Shown here piece after piece: positions 60,684 through 64,000 of a stretch of DNA of 64,000 bases. The notes under the pieces are model-generated. The model was given only the letters and a program-made list of their open reading frames with translations. It had not been told where the DNA came from and ran no database searches. The DNA comes from Candidatus Omnitrophota bacterium. GTDB lineage: Bacteria > Omnitrophota > Gorgyraeia > JAHJTE01. How positions within the stretch are numbered: position 1 is the stretch's first letter; each line of letters opens with the position of its first letter. The translations under genes and the position numbers were made by a program. The stretch covers positions 1,715 through 65,714 of the forward strand of contig JBFMEB010000003.1 in assembly GCA_040753675.1 (NCBI GenBank). The letters are read 5' to 3'.

Positions 60684-62549
60684 ATGTTACTCGAAAGTAT
60701 TAATAGCCCCCAGGATCTTAAAAAAATACCTATAGCACAATTGCCGGTTTTAGCAGGCGAAATCCGCGCGCTTATTATTGATATTGTTTCTAAGGCTGGC
60801 GGCCATTTGGCAAGTAGTTTAGGGGTAGTGGAGCTTTCGATTGCTCTTCATTATTGTTTTAATGCGCCAGAAGACATTATTGTCTGGGATGTGGGTCATC
60901 AATGCTATACTCATAAAATCCTGACCGGTAGAAGAAAGGAATTTTCTACTTTGCGCCAGTTTAAAGGTATTAGCGGATTTCCGTTGAGAGAAGAATCGCC
61001 TTATGACATGTTTAGCGTGGGCCATGCCTCAACAGCAATTTCACTTGCCTTGGGATTTGCTGTAGCTCGGGATTTAAAAAAAGAGCAAAAAAAGATTGTG
61101 GCAGTAATCGGAGATGGTTCATTAAGCGGGGGGATGTGTTTTGAGGCCTTAAATAACGTAGGCCATTTAAATACAGATATCCTTATTATTCTTAATACTA
61201 ATGAGATGAGTATCTCTCCAGTGGTAGGGGCATTAAGCAATTATATGAATAAAATAATTTCAGCCCCCATTTACAACCGATATAAAACAGCACTTAAGCA
61301 ATTTATTGCACAACGCGTTCCGCGCATAGGACGCAGATTAGTAAAACTTGCCATACATTTTGAAGAAGTTCTAAAAGGGCTTATTGTCCCGGGTATATTT
61401 TTTGAAGAATTGGGATTTCGTTATTTTGGCCCACTCGACGGGCACAACCTAACTAAGCTAATCGAAACTATTAATAATTTAAAGTCAATCAAGGGGCCGA
61501 GGTTATTGCACATCACTACCAAAAAAGGCAAAGGTTATGCTCCGGCAGAGAAGGAACCTGAGAAATTTCACGGCGTTGCAAAATTTAGCCAAGATGTTTT
61601 AGAACCTCAGGTGCTATCCGATAAAAAAACACCGAGTTTTACCGAAATTTTTAGCAACAAACTGATTGAATTAGGAGAAGAAGATAATTCCATTGTTGCA
61701 ATTACAGCTGCAATGCCAGAAGGCACTGGCTTAGATAAATTTGCTAAAAAATTCCCTGGCAGATTTTTTGATGTTGGCATTGCTGAAGAGCATGCAGTTG
61801 CATTTGCTTGCGGTTTAGCCTCTAATGGCTTAAAACCAGTGGTTGCGATTTATTCGACATTTTTACAGCGCTCTTATGACCAACTAATGATTGATTTGGC
61901 GCTCCAGAATTTTAATGTTGTAATTGCAATTGACCGTGCCGGCATTGTGGGAGCGGATGGGGTTACCCATCAAGGGATTTTTGATATCGCGTTTTTACGC
62001 ACCATACCAAATATGATTATTTTAGCGCCAAAAGATGCTAAAGAATTAGAAGCATGCTTAGAATTTAGCTTTAAGCAAAATTGCCCTGTAGCAATACGCT
62101 ATCCTAAGGCAAATATATTTGAATTTCCAAAGGGATATGAGTCAGATCAGAATGTTTTAAAACCTCAAACACTAAAGTCAGTTAAAGAAATTTCACTTAT
62201 TGCTCTGGGTAGTATGGTTAAAGAAGCTTTTCAGGCATCAGAGGTTTTAGAAAAGCAAGGCATAGAAGTTGGCTTGATAAATGCTCGTTGTGCAAAGCCG
62301 TTAGACGAAGCATTTTATAAGAACATAGGAGCAAAATGTAAATATATATTTGCTATTGAAGAAGGTATTCTCGACGGAGGTTTTGGTAACGCGCTGAGGT
62401 GCCTGATAGATGCTAAAACAATTGTTAAAACATTAGGTCTGCCCACAGAATTTATCCAGCACGGCCAACGCGAATTTCTATTAGATATGTATGGCCTAAG
62501 TCCACAGAAGATTGCCGAAGTTGTGAAAACTACCTTAAGCAAGAAATAA
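60684..62549 (+). CDS. dxs: 1-deoxy-D-xylulose-5-phosphate synthase
   Basis: 621 aa with the TPP-binding GDGSLSGGM motif and transketolase-like domains. Confidence 0.95.
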   Translation: MLLESINSPQDLKKIPIAQLPVLAGEIRALIIDIVSKAGGHLASSLGVVELSIALHYCFNAPEDIIVWDVGHQCYTHKILTGRRKEFSTLRQFKGISGFPLREESPYDMFSVGHASTAISLALGFAVARDLKKEQKKIVAVIGDGSLSGGMCFEALNNVGHLNTDILIILNTNEMSISPVVGALSNYMNKIISAPIYNRYKTALKQFIAQRVPRIGRRLVKLAIHFEEVLKGLIVPGIFFEELGFRYFGPLDGHNLTKLIETINNLKSIKGPRLLHITTKKGKGYAPAEKEPEKFHGVAKFSQDVLEPQVLSDKKTPSFTEIFSNKLIELGEEDNSIVAITAAMPEGTGLDKFAKKFPGRFFDVGIAEEHAVAFACGLASNGLKPVVAIYSTFLQRSYDQLMIDLALQNFNVVIAIDRAGIVGADGVTHQGIFDIAFLRTIPNMIILAPKDAKELEACLEFSFKQNCPVAIRYPKANIFEFPKGYESDQNVLKPQTLKSVKEISLIALGSMVKEAFQASEVLEKQGIEVGLINARCAKPLDEAFYKNIGAKCKYIFAIEEGILDGGFGNALRCLIDAKTIVKTLGLPTEFIQHGQREFLLDMYGLSPQKIAEVVKTTLSKK

Positions 62550-62567
62550 ATACACAGAAATTAAAGG

Positions 62568-62602
62568 CTTGACAAACATTATATATAGGTTATAATCTAT
62601 AT
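62568..62602 (+). promoter_or_regulatory. sigma70-like promoter upstream of the abiEii-like gene
   Basis: TTGACA - 16 nt - TATAAT, followed by alternating TA-rich sequence. Confidence 0.4.
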
Positions 62603-62643
62603 ATATATAGTTTATAGTCTATATAAGAGATGAGAAACCAGCT

Positions 62644-63357
62644 ATGGATATAAAGATTAGAGAAGCACAAGAGCGAGTTTTAAAAGTTTTTTCAAAAGAG
62701 GCTAAGGTCTTTGCACTAGCAGGAGGAACAGCACTCGAGCTATATTATTTACATCACAGGTTCTCTGCAGATTTAGACTTTTTTTCACCAAAATATGATA
62801 CTATTGAGATAAATAAATTGATTAGTGTTTTTAAGAAGCATATAAATAAAAAAATTAAATTGGGGTCAGAGTTTATTGCAAGGGGCAGGGCCAAGGTCAG
62901 GTTTTACACCATACCAATTAAGGGTTCACAGAGGCCTTTAAAGATTGACCTTGTCGAGGACACTGTTATTGAAAGCCCAAAAATTAAAAAAGTTGGCGGA
63001 GTGCGTGTTTATAGCATAGAAGATTTATATTTACATAAGATTAGTGCTATTTCCGGCACAGAGCCGCAAGTGGATGAGATTGGCAGACAGGTTATAGAAG
63101 GCCGTAAGCAGGCTCGTGATGCGTTTGATGTCTATATGCTTTCAAAGAAAATACAACCCTTGCACATATTTTTGAAAAATGTTTCTTCGCGATTTCAAAG
63201 GGGTATGATTCATTGGTATAGGACATTTTCTCGCCAGGAACTAAAATTAGCGCTTTTAGATTTGGATATTTATGAGCCAAAATTTGACTCTAAAGAAATG
63301 ATTGATTATTTGGAAAATGAGATCAAGCAATTCGCAAAAGGGGTTATTGGAGAATGA
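62644..63357 (+). CDS. AbiEii/AbiGii-family nucleotidyltransferase (type IV toxin-like, DUF1814)
   Basis: The GGTALELYY...RFSADLDFF N-terminal motif is diagnostic of AbiEii NTases. Confidence 0.7.
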   Translation: MDIKIREAQERVLKVFSKEAKVFALAGGTALELYYLHHRFSADLDFFSPKYDTIEINKLISVFKKHINKKIKLGSEFIARGRAKVRFYTIPIKGSQRPLKIDLVEDTVIESPKIKKVGGVRVYSIEDLYLHKISAISGTEPQVDEIGRQVIEGRKQARDAFDVYMLSKKIQPLHIFLKNVSSRFQRGMIHWYRTFSRQELKLALLDLDIYEPKFDSKEMIDYLENEIKQFAKGVIGE

Positions 63358-63857
63358 TTCAGAAATACTTTTGGGATTTAAATAAAGAGGCATTAAAGGA
63401 AACAGAAAGGGCTATTAAGGATATTAAACATCCTAAATTTTTGATGCGCATGGTAACATTATTGTCTCGGTGCGATAAACCAAAAGAACTATTTTCCATA
63501 ATTTCTAAGAAAGATTTTATTAAAATTTGGCCAAAGATTAAAACTTATTGGTTAAAGGTTGAGCGGATATCAGATTTCAGAGATTGGTGGGAAACTATAT
63601 ACGAGCAACTTTTAGAGAAATACCAGCATAAATATAAAAATGCTAAAGGGTTAAGCCCTGATTTTTTCCTAAATTTTGGCAAATCAATTAGGCAGGCGAG
63701 AATCAGCAAAGGTTTAAGTCAAAAACAGCTGGCTCTTAGCATAGGTATGAAGCAGCCGGATATTTCTAAGATTGAAGAAGGCAAGAAAAACATTACTTTA
63801 TATACCCTGATGCGCCTTAGTAAAATTCTAGAACTCAAGAGAATAGACATTAGTTAA
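63354..63857 (+). CDS. XRE-family HTH protein (C-terminal HTH) with an unknown N-terminal domain, translationally coupled to the upstream NTase
   Basis: ATGA start/stop overlap with the upstream gene. The C-terminal LSQKQLALSIGMKQPDISKIEEGKKNITLYTLMRLSKIL is an HTH_XRE. Confidence 0.6.
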   Translation: MIQKYFWDLNKEALKETERAIKDIKHPKFLMRMVTLLSRCDKPKELFSIISKKDFIKIWPKIKTYWLKVERISDFRDWWETIYEQLLEKYQHKYKNAKGLSPDFFLNFGKSIRQARISKGLSQKQLALSIGMKQPDISKIEEGKKNITLYTLMRLSKILELKRIDIS

Positions 63858-63881
63858 CAAAAGATTAGCCTTAACAAAAAA

Positions 63882-64000
63882 ATGCCAAAGATTAAAATTG
63901 ATAAAAAGAGATGCAAAGGTTGTGAGTTGTGTATTATATTTTGTCCTTTGGGCCACATTAAGAATTCTAATTCTCTAAATAAATCAGGCCACAGGCCAGC
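63882..64000 (+). CDS. partial CDS, 4Fe-4S ferredoxin-type domain protein (N-terminus only)
   Basis: MPKIKIDKKRCKGCELCIIFCP cluster-binding motif. The CDS runs off the window. Confidence 0.35.
   Translation, partial: MPKIKIDKKRCKGCELCIIFCPLGHIKNSNSLNKSGHRP

Overview
This 64 kb window reads as the chromosomal replication-origin neighbourhood of a low-GC bacterium. The gene content (V-type ATPase, Ogg2, an EndoQ-like nuclease, many LAGLIDADG endonucleases) suggests an uncultivated or deep-branching lineage.

The housekeeping backbone runs through the whole window:
- On the minus strand: V-type ATP synthase genes E, a hypothetical, A, B and D; a scattered pyrimidine set (pyrF, pyrD, pyrK, then pyrR-pyrB-pyrC behind a recognisable PyrR-binding attenuator); rsmI, glmS, tRNA-Glu, gyrA, an intein-containing gyrB, a DUF721 gene, dnaN and dnaA.
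- On the plus strand: rpmH-yidD-yidC (with no rnpA between rpmH and yidD), parA-parB, ndk, yicC, gmk, rpoZ, coaC, tRNA-Cys/Leu/Val, thrS, infC (ATT start), rpmI, rplT, trkA-trkA-trkH, pheS, pheT, rarA, iscU, a 5-formyl-THF cyclo-ligase gene, rny, ymdB, a PilZ gene, xseA, xseB and dxs.
- The window ends with an AbiEii-like nucleotidyltransferase translationally coupled to a downstream XRE-HTH protein.

The most distinctive content is a density of selfish or novel elements:
- Two inteins: an HNH-type in GyrB at the GGS/AKQ site, and a LAGLIDADG-type in an EndoQ-like PHP nuclease.
- Two free-standing LAGLIDADG homing-endonuclease genes, one between tRNA genes.
- A roughly 230-nt structured leader with an intrinsic terminator upstream of a secreted acidic low-complexity protein, a candidate riboswitch weakly resembling GEMM.
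- Several small repeat families: the AAAATGACAATG-core AT-rich palindromes, GTAGCGAG hairpin elements, CCCCGTTAGAGAT-bounded elements upstream of rarA and iscU, and ATAACTTATG hairpins.
- An in-frame palindromic mini-insertion with flanking direct repeats inside pyrK.
- Tandem heptamer repeats encoding a signal peptide.

Candidate oriC signals, an AT-rich dnaN-dnaA spacer and consensus DnaA boxes upstream of dnaA, are present.
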